A DNA stretch of 40,375 nt, taken from Octopus bimaculoides (Eukaryota). How positions within the stretch are numbered: position 1 is the first letter of the stretch; every line of letters starts with the position of its first letter. Of this stretch, positions 22,153 through 35,600 are shown piece after piece. A program made the position numbers and the translations under genes. Below the pieces are notes generated by a model. That model worked only from the letters and a program-made list of their open reading frames with translations, searched no databases and was not told the origin of the DNA. The DNA lies in NCBI RefSeq assembly GCF_001194135.2, contig NC_068991.1, positions 50,958,703-50,999,077 on the forward strand. The letters run 5' to 3'.

Positions 22153-22392
22153 GGTTCTGACAAATCCTATTTAAATAAACAACATCAGGAATTAAGTAAC
22201 CATCCATTTTACATAAAAGGACAAGATCGACGATGCTGGGAGGTGGAGTTTGGAATCAAACATTATGCAGGTGCTGTAGTATACAAAGCACAAGGATTCC
22301 TTGAGAAAAATAAGGATGTTCAACAAGATCAGTTATTTGAACTAATGTATAACTCAACAAATCCATTTGTCAAAGACCTGACACGATTCCAG
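22153..22392 (+). CDS. Myosin motor exon D: GSDKSYLNKQHQELSNHPFYIKGQDRRCWEVEFGIKHYAGAVVYKAQGFLEKNKDVQQDQLFELMYNSTNPFVKDLTRFQ
   Basis: ttttattcag acceptor and GTAAGG donor; 240 nt, open, phase 0/0. Contains the myosin motifs FGIKHYAG.V.Y and GFLEKNKD. Confidence 0.97.
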
Positions 22393-22667
22393 GTAAGGAA
22401 TAAACATTTTACTTTTTTATAAAAATAAAAAAGATAACTTTTCTATTTTTGTTTTGCTTTTATGTTTTTTCTATGTAAAGCTTCTGTTTTTTGCCCCACC
22501 CCACCAAGTTTTGCTAATGCTGTTATTTAGTTTGTTTCACATGAAATGTCACATTTTTAATTACCTATTTCAGTCATTTAAAAACTCAATTACCTTGCAT
22601 TTAATCTTGACTCTTTTCCTTTCCCAACAATATTGGTATACAAAATTTGTACCCAGACCTTACGAAG

Positions 22668-23280
22668 ATGATAATAACCAAACTATGTTGAGTGATTTTC
22701 TCGTATGAGTACAAACTGGGTCACTCTGCCACAAAAGGTGTATGGAATATCAAGCGGGCTTTTGGTAATGGTTTTGTTGACATCATAACAGTTCAGAGAT
22801 GGTTCCAAAGCTCTTGTTCAGGAGATGATAGCCTTGAAAATAAACTAAGGATTAGGCCAAAATCAGTTATTCGGCATGATGGATTAAATGCTTTGGTTGA
22901 ACAAAATCCAAGAACAAAGGTTGGGAAACTTTCATCAGAACTCCAAACATCTTGCACAACTTTTTTTGGATACCTGTAAGAAATCAGAAAAGTCAAGAAA
23001 ACAGATAGGTTAGTTCCACATCAACTGAATGAGATTAAAAAAAAACAGATGCCTCAAAGTGTGCTCCTTATTGTTTTCTAGACTGGAAAAAGACCATTTT
23101 TGCATCAAATCGTTACTTGTGATGGGAAATGGATACTCTTTGACAACAGCAGGAGAACAGGACAGTGATTAGATATAGGAGAGTCCCTTAAACACCACCC
23201 AAACCCACCATTGCACCCTAAAAAGTTAGTGGTCAGTGTATAGTGGTCTATGAAGGGAGTTATTTATTATTCATTGTTAT
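22668..23280 (+). pseudogene. Decayed mariner (Tc1/mariner) transposase, N-terminal half
   Basis: YEYKLGHSA...TVQRWF (HTH), LVPHQL (WVPHEL motif), IVTCDGKW (first catalytic Asp region), LHPKKLVVSV*W...GVIYY. Contains several stops; 3' half missing. Confidence 0.92.
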
Positions 23281-23289
23281 TTATTATTC

Positions 23290-23486
23290 ATCGTTACCAG
23301 CGTTGCCTTACTGGCACTTGTGCCAGTGGCACATGAAAAAACATTCAAGTGAGGTCATTGCCAGTGCTGCTGGACTGGCTCCTGTGCAGGTGGCACATAA
23401 AAAACACCATTTGAGCGTGGCCGTTGCCAGTACCGCCTGACTGGCCCTTGTGCCGGTGGCGCGTAAAAGCACCCACTACACTCTCA
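23290..23486 (+). mobile_element. Fragment of the RTE 3' UTR (repeated gccagt/ctggc hairpin units)
   Basis: Matches positions 1-70 and the reverse copies at 7560-7709 and 27650-27824. Confidence 0.8.
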
Positions 23487-23525
23487 CGACATTTCATGTC
23501 AAACAATCTAATTTACGTCAGTGAA

Positions 23526-23830
23526 GTCATGTGGCTGAGTGGTTAAGGTATTCGGCTTACGATTGTTAGGTCATGAGTTTGATACCCAGTGGCACATTGT
23601 GTTCTTGGACAAGTTACTTTATTTCAAGTTGTTCCAGTCACTCAGCTGCCAAAAATGAGTTATACCTGTATTTCAAAAGGCCAGCGTTGTCACACTGGAT
23701 CTCTCTGAGAACTACATTAAGAGTATGTATGTTTGTGGAGTGCTCAGCCACTTGTATGTTAATTTCATGAGCAGGTTGATCCATTGATGGGATTAACTGG
23801 AACAGTTGTTGTTGTAAAAGACAGAGCACC
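23526..23830 (+). mobile_element. tRNA-derived SINE (family D); its 3' half recurs at about 27985-28150
   Basis: gtggctgagtggttaagg A-box and gagtttgataccc B-box-like; body shared with 27985-28150. Confidence 0.7.
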
Positions 23831-24257
23831 AGATCTTTTTTACGACTGTGTCATTTTTATTGTCTGATTTTCTTTGATGTCCTTTTAACTGTGTTTATTT
23901 ATATCTTAAATACTGTGTAAAAGGTGATCTTCTTTCGATATGAAAGAAAAATTCTTACTCATCTATTCATAACAGTTCAAAACAAAATGTCAGTATTTGA
24001 TGGAAAAGTTATTTTTCCCATCATAAGTAGGATTAGTAGAGGTATTCAAGAAAAGATACAATAGAGGGTACCCCCATAAGTTCCAGGTAACGTTTAAGAT
24101 CAGCTTTGCAAACTAACTAAACACTTTTATTTTTATTGTGCTTCAATGACAGTGACTTACCTTGCTATGGTATCTGTTTACAAAGGAATTGGCTGAGCTT
24201 GGGAAAGTTTTGTGAATTATCGATGCATTAAGTGAATTGTGTGAATTGTGGTGCTAT

Positions 24258-24430
24258 AGCACTTGAGATGATCATGTAAATGAAATTTTGGATGTCCATG
24301 AGGCCTACCTCCAGTGTCAACCTCATTGAAGAGGACTATCTTTGGGAGCCAATTACTGGGTATCTGAATCTCATGACCAACCCAGTGGAGATCATCTGAA
24401 GTGGTCTTTTGTTTTATGTGGTGATCCTCC
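24258..24430 (-). mobile_element. Old RTE (BovB-like) LINE C-terminal relic
   Basis: ORF 24217..24561 (-) contains LHWVGHEIQIPSNWLPKIVLFNEVDTGGRPHGHPKFHLHDHLK, resembling LRWxGHVxRMxxxRLPKxxLxGEL...RPxGRPKxRxKD. Confidence 0.75.
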
Positions 24431-24880
24431 CAATTGGTTTGAATCCCTGGAAGTCCATGTGTGATGCTGGAGTAGAGTGCTTTGAAATCTAATGCAGGAA
24501 ATTGCATGAAGAGAGGAGGAGACATTATCATGAACCCCCAGTGGCTGTTGTTTGGTGTCACTTTCAGTGCCCTTTAGGCCACAGTTTCTGCTTATCCTAT
24601 CTCAGTCTTGTCTACCACATGTGCTCCCTTAAGAAACAATCTATTGGAGGCAGAGAAGGATAAACATCCTGGATTGATGCTGTCATTACCTTTGATGAGC
24701 TGTTATAAGCAAAGTAAAGTAAGCAAGGTGCTTTAATACATTTTGGAGTGAATTTGAATATTTAGCTGACACAGCATGCATAATGAAATACCATTAAATT
24801 CACCTCTCATTTGTAAATACCTGTCTTTTATATAATCCTTTGTAGCTGGTAGCTCATTCAGTTAATAAATTATTGATGAA

Positions 24881-24919
24881 TCCCTGAAGAGATTCCAAAA
24901 AGAATTGAAACTATTTGGA
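24881..24919 (+). ncRNA. Decayed minimal hammerhead motif
   Basis: Stem I tcc/gga; CUGAAGA 24884-24890; stem II gattc/gaatt; GAAAC-UA-UUU, one substitution away from the palindromic ACUAGU stem III. Confidence 0.5.
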
Positions 24920-25531
24920 CTAATCTTTCATTTCCTCTCCACGCACATTTACCAACAGCCATCAATTTGCAGCTGTTTAAGAGGAACATTAACAATTTTA
25001 ATCTTATCAATCTCACAGGGCCAGTATGTTCTACCTTCTTACATTATGACCTACACTTATCATTAATTTTCAGAATAAATTGATGCTTTTTGAGTTATAT
25101 TCTCCAACAGCATATGATCGCTCTGTCACACTCGTAATTCTTTACTCACCAGTTCTTCATATTTCATTCTTTCGATCATTTCAGGCAACTCAAGGGATCA
25201 TGAATGCCTATAAATGATAGTATACCATTAACAATATCAACAGTAATAATATTGTTGTTGTTATTATTATTATTAAGTTGTTTTTTTTTCTTCTTCTTTC
25301 TTTAAATTTTCTTCCATTTCTCGCCGAGTGTTTTCCGTACACCTAGGGCAGAGAAACTCGTTGTATGCATTCCCAGTTTACACACGCAAATTCACAGATA
25401 GAATATGTATTTAAAAAAAAAAAAGAATTTTTTTTTGAAGTTCATGAATGGATGTTGTTTTCACAACGATAATGCTCTTCTCAGTACATGAGTCGTTCCA
25501 GTTAACACAATTTTTTGCACTTCCTGTAGGG

Positions 25532-25566
<35 letters not shown>

Positions 25567-25877
25567 CATTATTATTAATAATAATCCTTTCTATCATAGG
25601 CACATAGCCTGAAATTTTGGGGGAGGGAACCTGTTGATTACTTTCATCCCAATGTTTCACTGGTACTTAATTTATTGACCTTGAAAGGATGAAAGGCAAA
25701 ATTGACCTCAGCGGAATAATAATAACAACAACAACAACAACAATAATAATAATAATAATAATAATAATAATCATAATAATGGTGTACCCTTATCAGATGG
25801 GTAGTCATGATGGGTATAATAGGCTTTGTATATTTTACCCCAGTGTCACTTTGATGGCATGCACTGCTCTCTCACTC

Positions 25878-25918
<41 letters not shown>

Positions 25919-26216
25919 TAATAATAATAAAAGTGATAATTATTCTTTCTACTCTAAGCACAAGGCCTGAAATTTTGGGGTAAAAAAATAATGCCATATC
26001 ATTCATCTCTTACATTTGTGTCACCTGTGGCTTCTGTCTTCTACACTTGGTTGCTTTCAGTTACTTTTCTAAAATATATTTCCTTTCTGACAAAGAATAT
26101 ATTTAACTTGGATGTCCATGGGGTTTTGCCTTAATTCATATATACTCCTGTTATATCTATATTCTTTATTCTCATACCCATCCTTATATGGATCCTCATC
26201 ATATATATTGTATACA

Positions 26217-26250
<34 letters not shown>

Positions 26251-26383
26251 CATCCACACACATGAACAAGCACATTTTTTGTTGTTGGAGTTACACAGGT
26301 TTATTGTTGAGAGAGGATAGGGACACTGTTCAAGGCAAGTGTGGGGTGGAGAAAAAGAGGGAAGTGTAAAGAAGTATCAATGG

Positions 26384-26436
<53 letters not shown>

Positions 26437-27481
26437 TGATAATACAGTAGGTAAAGGTTGAATAGGAGGGAATATAGTGCTGCACCATGTTATATATGGG
26501 TGGGTAAAATAGTTTGTGAAGGAAAGATAAGATGGAAGGGGGTAACGGTGTGGGGGAGCCGGAGAGAAGCATAGTGTGAGTGGATTAGTGAAGGCGGGTA
26601 GTGGGGACTTGGTGTGATAAGGGTGTTGACGGAGGAGGATGGGAGGGGCTGAGTAGGAAGAGATGCAGTACTTCCCCCACCCGCCCGTCCGCTTTAGATA
26701 AGGGTGGATAGAGGGGTGTGGGTGTGGAGGCAATAAGATAGTTGATGAGAGGGGCCAGGGTAAATCTCAAGGTAACATGTGCAAGAGAGCATAGTGACAC
26801 AAAAGGGGAGGTAGGAAAAGGTTGTCAGCATGCAGCCCCTTCACACTCAAGCATAGCGATTCATGATTCAGTAAAGATCATGAATTTTTGAGGGGTGGCA
26901 GGGTATGTGGTTGATGTGGTGGTGTGGGTAAGGGAGATATTGTTTAAACACAAATTGGGTATTTTCGTCTCATTTAAGAGTGTTATGGCACGGTGAGTCA
27001 GATATGAGAGGGTAGAGAATTAGTTCGGTAGTTAGAAGAATAGATGTTCATGAGATGTGAAGGTATAGTATGGATGCAACAAGTGGATGAGAATTTGTGC
27101 AATTATATATGTGGTAAGAAGCTTGCTTCCCAACCTCATGGTTCTAGGTTCAGTTCCACTGTGTGGCATCATGGGCAAGTTTCTTCTAATATAGCCTTTG
27201 CCAACCAAAGCCTTATGAGTGAATTTGGTACACAAAAACTGAAAGAAGCCTGTTGTATATATAAATATATAATTGTGTGTGTGTTTCACCATTGCTTGAC
27301 AACCAGTGGTGTGTTTTGTCCCTGTAACTTAGTGGTCTGGCAAAAAGAGAATGATAGAATAAGTACCAGGCTTAACAGAAAATGAGTTTGGGGTCAATTC
27401 ATTTAATTAAAAATTATTCAAGGTGATGCTGTAGTCTAATGACTGAAACAAATAATATATAATAATATATAATTGTATATA

Positions 27482-27824
27482 TCATCATCATCATCATCAT
27501 CATCGTTTAACGTCCGCTTTCCATGCTAGCATGGGTTGGACGATTTGACTGAGGACTGGTGAAACCGGATGGCAACACCAGGCTCCAATCTAAATTTGGC
27601 AGAGTTTCTACAGCTGGATGCTCTTCCTAATGCCAACCACTCAGAGAGTGTAGTAGGTGCTTTTACGTGTCACCTGCACGAAGGCCAGTCAGGCGATACT
27701 GGCAACGGCCACGCTCGAAATGGTGTCTTTTATGTGCCACCCGCACAAGCCAGTCCAGGGGCACTGGCAACGATCTCGCTCGAAAATCCTACGGAGGCCA
27801 GTCAGGTGGTACTGGCAATGGCCA
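27482..27824 (-). mobile_element. RTE 3' UTR and (GAT)n tail, 5'-truncated
   Basis: Near-identical reverse complement of 1-232 and 7396-7709. Confidence 0.88.
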
Positions 27825-29612
27825 TACATACACACACACACACATTAATTTTCCCCTCCTTTCTGTTAGGAGACACAAGCACTTACACACACATGTACAT
27901 GCATGATAGGAACTTCTACCTATCGAATTTAATTATAAGGCTTTGGTTGGCTTGATGCTATAGCAAAAGACACTTGTAATTCAAAAGGGCTAGTCTTGTT
28001 ACATTCTCTGTCATGCTGAATCATCCTGAGGACTACATTAATCTTACGTGTGTCTGTGGAATGCTTAGCCACTTGTGCATTAATTTTATGAGCAGACTGT
28101 TCCTTTGATTGGATCAAATGGAATGCTCATCATTGTAATCAACAGAGTACCAGTTAAAGAATTTGGGCAATTCATATTGTCAAAAGCATTTTAAGGATCA
28201 ATTTTAATCCTTCCTGAAGCTGATCATTTCTCATTAAGAAGTAATCAGTAATGCTAAGTAACCTTCTGTTCAGTATTTGCTTATGAAATATTGTCTACTA
28301 ATAATGTTGTCATGTGTTAATTAGTTGGTAATTATTTGTGAGTGTGCTGTCATTTTCTCCTATATAGGATTGACTTGTGCAAATATAAATCGCTGTGAGG
28401 AAAAATAGGTTTTAATCGATCGGTTTATTGGATCAATAATTTCGTTTATTGTTCCATTTCTAAAGTTTCCAATTCATCCATGTGATTCTCTGTTGTAGAA
28501 ATATTTCTTTGAGATATGAAGAGACAGATTTAAAGAAACAGATAAATTCTCCATAAGAAACTAGAATTTTCTGCAATTTACTTGTTTTTTTTTGGAACAA
28601 CTCTCTTACTCTTCATGGTCTTTGTCCACAAGAAACTTTTAAATGTCAGCACTGCACACCAACAGAAACTTCGACAATTATACACCTTAGATATATTCAA
28701 CGATGATCTGTAACTCTCTTCTTGGAATGTATGTAGCCTGAAGAAATGATTGGTCTCCCTAAAGCTTCAGTTTTTTTTTTAATACTGTTTCTGGTAGCAG
28801 ATCCTAGAAGGTGGTAAGACTAACTTTGTTACTGTGATGTTTACTAGTGATAAGCACTGTTTTTCTAACACTAATGTATTGTCACTTAACATTGGAAATT
28901 GTGAGAATCATCCAAGGGAAGTTTCTGGAAAGCCATGATAGTAAACTTGTTACTTCTTTGAAGTTAACTCACACCATTTAGGTTGTTATTGCCCTTAAAA
29001 CAAGGTTCTAATGCCATGCAATCTTATTTCCTTTCGTACACATTTATGGTTTCCTGCTTAAGTCTAAAAATCAATATCATATTTTTTTTCATAATATCTC
29101 CCCAACATTAAACTCTTTTCTAGAAAATTGTTTAAACCAAGTTGATATTTTATAGAGGAAATTTTAGTATTAGTTTAAACATCTTTAATCAGTTTGTTTC
29201 TGTTTTTTTTTTGTTTTGTTTTTCTTTATTCTATCTGAACTACATTATATAACTTCCTCAAAATCACATCAATTTAGATGAAAACATGCAAGTGCAGAAA
29301 ATCTGTTCTGTTTCAGTCTAAAGATTTGAAGTACTTGTTACAGATGAGATATTGTTATTAGCAAGAGAACTTCTACTTAGCAACTTTATCTCACAGACCA
29401 TTCCTCACTATCTTCACTCTAACCAATATCTTGTCTCTTGCAGCAGCAGCTCACTCTTCAGTGTGGCAGCTAATTTCCTTGAAATGACTTTTTTCTCAGG
29501 TAGATTCTTTAAGGCTATAATTGGATTGGTTTCCCCTGGAAAAATAAAATTATTTTCGTTTTCCTGAATCTCTATAATTTCCTGTCTTATCTCCCTCTTA
29601 TTTCACTCTCCA

Positions 29613-29685
<73 letters not shown>

Positions 29686-30014
29686 CCACTGTATCTCTTG
29701 TTCTTTCTTCCCCACCCACCCACACACACATTGCGATAGGAAGAAAATAAGAAATATCAAATCAGAAACTTATAAAAAAACTCTCAAACAATACTGATTT
29801 GATCCTATCACCTTCACTTGATAAATATTTATGTTGTTGCTGTTGATGTTGTTTTCTGTTTTGGTGCTGGAGAAGACAACAAACATATTCTAATAAGGAT
29901 GCTGTGGGGTGGGTAGGGAGAGGATAAAATTGAATTTGGTTCTACTTTAAACCAGTCAAGTTAAACACACTCAAGGAAATGCCATCATTGACATTTATAT
30001 GTATGTACACATGC

Positions 30015-30052
<38 letters not shown>

Positions 30053-30699
30053 ATGTGTGTTTTTAAGATGGCAACAAACTGTAATGAAATGCTTTCTGAA
30101 TCTAAACAATATACTTTTTGTTGTTGTTGCTGTTCTTTAGCCCTTGGTCATCTCTGATCAAGCAGACCCATGATCAAAGGCATTCCACTCGTGACTGTCT
30201 AGTCTTTCAAACATTATTCAACATGAGTTACCGTTTTTTTTTTTTTTTAAAGAACGTGGAATATAATTTAAGAGAAATTTGACCATTATTTCTTGCAAGC
30301 CAAGTGACATTGTAGAGTTTCCTTCTATGTAGTTACCATCATTCATCACTGATTGCTGTTAGTGATTAGTCATGAGTGATGGTAACTATATGGAGGCTGA
30401 AGTTGATGACAGATTTGAAACAGAAATGAATGAGCAAATAGAACCTTGAGGTACAAGAATTAGATTGTTCAGGAAATGGAACCCAGGATCTGATCTAAGC
30501 ATGGAACTCATGTATCTAATATATGAATTCCATAGTTGTATGTCCTTTAGTATATGTCAGATTATGAAAAATATCTATTTAAAGGTAACCTTATATATGG
30601 AACATGTTTTAATTGTTAAGAAGGCCTCAACAAAATAAAAGAAAATGGCAGAAGTGAGACAAATACAGATGATACAATAGTTGAAATGGATCTGATGAC

Positions 30700-30972
30700 C
30701 CTGCTGGTGTTGGTATTACATAAAAAGCACCAATGTTGGTGCCACATAAAAAGCACCGGTGTTGGTTTCACGTAAAAAGCACTGGTTCTGCTGCTACATA
30801 AAAAGCACACAGTACATTCTGTAAAGTGATAGGCATTAGAAGGGGCAACAAGCCATAGAAAATATGCCAAGACTGACAGTGGAGCTCAATGTGCCCATGT
30901 GGTTCACTAGGTCTTGTCAAACCATCCAACCAATGCTAACATGGAAAGCAGATGGTGAATGATAATGATAAT
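30700..30972 (+). mobile_element. Diverged RTE-type 3' UTR with four tandem (ca/cg)taaaaagcac units
   Basis: Tandem units followed by ggcattagaaggggca..agccatagaaa...catccaaccaatgctaacatggaaagcaga and a (GAT/AAT) tail. Confidence 0.7.
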
Positions 30973-31245
30973 ATACATATAGATGTGTATGTATGTATGT
31001 ATGAATGAAAGTATGCATGTAGCTGTGTTTACATCTCCGTGATGTTGGTGTGTTTACATCTCCATACTTTGGCAGTTCAGCAAAAAAAAAAAAAAAAAAA
31101 AACCCAATGGAATAAGTACTTGGTTTACAAAGAATAAATCCTGGCGTTGATGCCTTTAACTAAAGGCAGTGCTCCAGTATGGTTACAGTCAAATGACTGA
31201 AACAAATTAAAGAGAATATATATATATATATATATATAATTTTTC

Positions 31246-31738
31246 TATGAGAAAAAGAAAATGGAGAAATTTATATATATACATTAATTTATTAGGACAT
31301 TTTCAATTCCAAAACAATATCAAATCCATTGCACCTACAATTGTTTCCATGCCCAACCAATTCAATTTGAGAAATTAAATTACATTTTCATATTGAATAT
31401 CGTTAATTGGGTATTTCGTCAGGCAAAGAATTTGATAGAAAGGAGCTACGTTCCATTGTGTTGTTTGGCCCTTTTTAGACCCAGATCTGTGTGTTTCAGC
31501 AACCAATGTATTAAAAGAAACCATTACTTGTGTATATGTATATGCAAATTTGTTAATGCATTTGTTTGTGTGTATGTGTAATGTGTTGAAAAACAAAAGC
31601 ATCCGTTAGTTAGCTTAAATAATATTTGGTTGGGCATGGAAACAACTGTAGGTGCAATGGGGTTTATATTGTTTGGAATTGAATATGGTCTAATACTTAA
31701 TGTCCATATACCAATTTGCCTGTTTTCTTTTTCTCATA
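31246..31738. mobile_element. MITE-like element with about 115-bp diverged terminal inverted repeats and TA at both ends
   Basis: tatgagaaaaagaaaa...ccattgcacctacaattgtttccatgcccaaccaa versus ttggttgggcatggaaacaactgtaggtgcaatgg...ttttctttttctcata. Confidence 0.75.
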
Positions 31739-31874
31739 CAAAAATGGTAATATACACATATCCATCAATGTGAAACTAACGTCTTCGGTTTTTCACTGAT
31801 ACACTGGATAAAACTGGAGAACTTGGATGCTAACATCCCTTTAAGAGGATTTTATATCCTTGGTTTAATTTAAT

Positions 31875-31907
<33 letters not shown>

Positions 31908-32578
31908 ATGTATTGTTAAGTATCTCCTCAGTTGGCAGTTTGGCAGATATTCGTATGCATTAGCAAATAATTTGCTTGCTTCCTATAAACAAGAGCTTGT
32001 GCTCTTGTCAGATTCATCAGCCCAGTCGGGTTTCTTTGACTGAGTTAGAAACACCACAGGGAATCAAAGTCCCTTCACACTGATGAACCAGTGAATCATG
32101 TGTGCCATGGACACAATACCTAAATGAAGGTGTTCTCTCATAGTTGACTGAAGAACTGGAATAGTTGAAATATTGAGACAAATGGAGAGGCCGTTCACTT
32201 TTTATTGCTGCAGTTGCTTCAGATTGTAAGTGCATAGTTAATCTCAGTGATAGTGTAGTACTTGTATGCCCGCTCTACTTATTAGAATCTGGAAGTTGAG
32301 AATTTTGTGGTGTGTTAATAATTGAATTTTTATTTCTGTTGGTTATTTGAAGCCTATTCATGAACTGGGGGGTGGGGGGCGTGAGGTACAATAAAGATCA
32401 AAAATTGAAATTCTGGAAATAACACTTAAGAAATAAGATGCAACACAATTGTCCTTTACAGTAGTGTTATTAATGTGTAAACACATACCTATATACATAC
32501 ACATACTCGCTTGCTCATAGATACTCACTGACTCTCTTTCTTTCTCTGTATATGTGTATGTATAAATATTTTTGTGTT

Positions 32579-32621
<43 letters not shown>

Positions 32622-35600
32622 ATATAAACATGTTTACATATAGACATGAGGTAAACACATGCATACATGTATGCATATACGTATACACATTCATGTATCT
32701 GTGCAACTAACTTTAGACAGCTGCTGCTGTTGTCCCTGACCAAAAATACCATTCCCTCTTTTATTCAAACCCCACATTTAGAGCGAATGTTAGTGTCCAT
32801 ATAGAGTGCAATATATGTAAATGTTCAAAGCCGACAAATGAACATACAGTAAAGCATCAGGAAAAATTTAAATATGTTCAATTAACAATTTGTCAATTGA
32901 AATCGATATGGTGTTCCATAGATTTTTCTGCCTGTAGCATGTCATAAAATTTTACTGATTTTTCAGTGAATCAAAGAAAGATGAAACAGAAACAGTATGA
33001 TCAGAGAAGCTGGCAAGAGATTTATTGGAAAAATTATAACACCATTATTGATTCTAATTCACTTATTCCCCACCCATCGTCATTCAAATTCATAATGCCG
33101 ACTTTCTCTTTTCTCTCCTTCCTCCTTTCTTTATTTCTTATTGCAAAAAGAATATATAATTGTTTTATTATTATTGCTCAAACTCTTCCTCTACACATGT
33201 CTGCTATAACACTTACTACGTTAACTATTGACTATTGTATTCTTTCACTCCTCTACCACATACTATAATTAATACTAAATTATATATTCCACTGTGTTGC
33301 CTTCACTACAACAGTATCACACTGTTAACTAGACACTCTAATAACTACTAATGTTATCTTATACTATTACTACATCTTCCCTTCTTTAAACAATATCATC
33401 TACATTGCTATATGCTGCATCACTAACAATACAGCTGCTCTATATCTTCTTGTGTAACACTGCTTCGATACTTTCAATCAACTGACACACTAATCCTTCA
33501 GCAATGTGAATTAGTTTCCTCACTCTCCTTCAAACCCCCAGCAACTCTGTAGTATTACTATACTAACATATCAAACAAGAGACAAATATAAATATTGCAA
33601 TATCTGTTAAATATCATCATCATCATCTCTTGATATTTGGCACAATTTACAGTAAACAGTGTGTGTGTGTGGGGGGGGGCAGCATGTCAATAGGATAGCC
33701 CCCAACGTTACCTCTGCATGTCATAAAAGGTGATTAAAGGAGGTTGAGATAGGATTTGCACTTCGACCTCATAAAACCCTCACCAGCAATGATTATCCAA
33801 ACAAACGCATAAGTTGGCCGGTGGGGGGGGGGGGAGGGGCTTTTTGCCTGAGTGGTGCAAAGGTGTGTCATCCACCAGGAGTAGTAGAGAAGCACCAACA
33901 AATGGTGGATACAGCGATGAGGTATTACAATGCATGCTCCCTACTACTACTACTACTACTACTACTACCACTGTAAACTGGATTTAGGAATGATTCAATT
34001 TAATGTATCTTTTTATCTTTTACTTGTTTCAGTCATTAGACGATGGCCATGCTGGGGCACTGCCTTGAAGAATTTTTAAACTACTCTATCTGCCCCAGTA
34101 CTTATTTTTTAAAGCCTGGTACTTATTCTATTGTTCTCTTTTGCTGAACTGCTAAGTTTAGGGGGATGTAAACACTCCAGCACTGTTTGTCAAGCGGTGA
34201 TGGGTAGACAGACACAGACATGGAAACACACACACACACACACAACGACCTTCTTTCAGTCTCTGTCTACCAAATCCACTCACAGAGCTTTGATCGACTC
34301 AGGGCTATAGTAGAAGATACTTGCCCAAGGTGCCATGTTGTGAGACTGAACCTGGAACCATGTGGTTGGGAAGCAACCTTTGAACATATTTAGTTTGACT
34401 TTATTAATATGAATACATTGTTATTGTGAATGGGTTTTTGAGCTAAAGATTCAAGTAAAAAGATAGTACTAAGTCCTCTTCTGTGGTTTCATTCTCTAAG
34501 TCTTGTGGTTCCAATAAAAGTTCAAGTGTTTTTACATCCCTCAAAAGTTATGAAACCATAAAAAAACCTGATCTCTTAGTCTCTCTTCTTTCATGAGTTG
34601 TCAGATACTAAAATACTTCCCCAGTTATACTGTAGTTACATTTATTTAATTTAGTTAGAAATTGTTTATGTCGTATAAACTACTGCATAACAGTAGAACT
34701 AGTTGGTTTTATATAGGGAAGTATTTAAAAACGTTTGATACATATTAAAGTTTTGTCTAGCTCCAGTTTGGTAGGGGTGTATATGTTGATAACAGAGTAA
34801 CTGCAATATCAGAAGTTTTTGGCTTTATTTTAGGAAGCTCTATATAATTTGTTCTATGTTTTATTACTTTGTATAAATAAAGTAACAGTTTATAGTTGCT
34901 GGTTGAAGTTTGACAATAAGTAAGCAAAAATTCTTTTACTTTTACTTGTTTACATCATTAGATTGTGGCCATGTTGGGGCACAACCCTGAAGAAATTTTA
35001 GCTGCACAAATTGATCCCAGTACTTTTTCTTTAGGCCTGGTACTTATTCTGTCAGTCTCTTTTTGCCAAACTGCTAAGTTATGGGGATGTAAACAAACCA
35101 ACACCAGTTGTCAAGCAGTGATGCGGGACACATGTAGACACAAAGACACATGCACACACACACACACACACACACATACATACAAATATATGTAAATATA
35201 TGATGGGCTTCTTTCAGTTTTCATCAACCAATCCATCACAAGGTTTTTGTTGGCCCAAGGCTGCAGTAGAAGACATTTGCCTCTGGTGCCATGCAGTGTG
35301 ACTGAACTTGGAATGATGTGGTTGGGAAGCAAACCTCTTACCACACAGCCATGCCAGTGTCTAACATGATTAATAGTTGAATTCCTAATATGTGAATTGG
35401 TAAATCCCATTTTAAAATCCATTCAGTCAAAATAAAGAGAGGTTGTCAGTGAAGTATAAAACTGTTTAACAAGTGTTTACTTATTCATGATAATATTTAA
35501 AGGGTTGTCTTAGAAATTGTTTGCTCAATGTTTTTTCAACCATGAGGTTCACTACATCTGAACATTTCCAGGAAGGAAAAACAAAATTGTAAATTGTTAT

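Noticed and set aside
26430-27030. G-rich stretch, possibly an old minus-strand LINE 3' end
   Set aside because: Only vague similarity across several frames; too decayed to assign by eye.
27546-27570. CUGAGGA...GAAAC in the antisense of the RTE UTR
   Set aside because: Only 5 nt separate the core halves, so no stem II can form, and the 7455 copy lacks GAAAC.
32143-32180. CUGAAGA-act-ggaat-agtt-GAAA hammerhead-like string
   Set aside because: No usable stem I or NUH triplet, so indistinguishable from chance.
32990-33620. Strongly G-poor, C/T/A-rich stretch with a 100-aa ORF
   Set aside because: Consistent with decayed (CTA)/(ACT)-type simple sequence; the ORF has no recognisable features.
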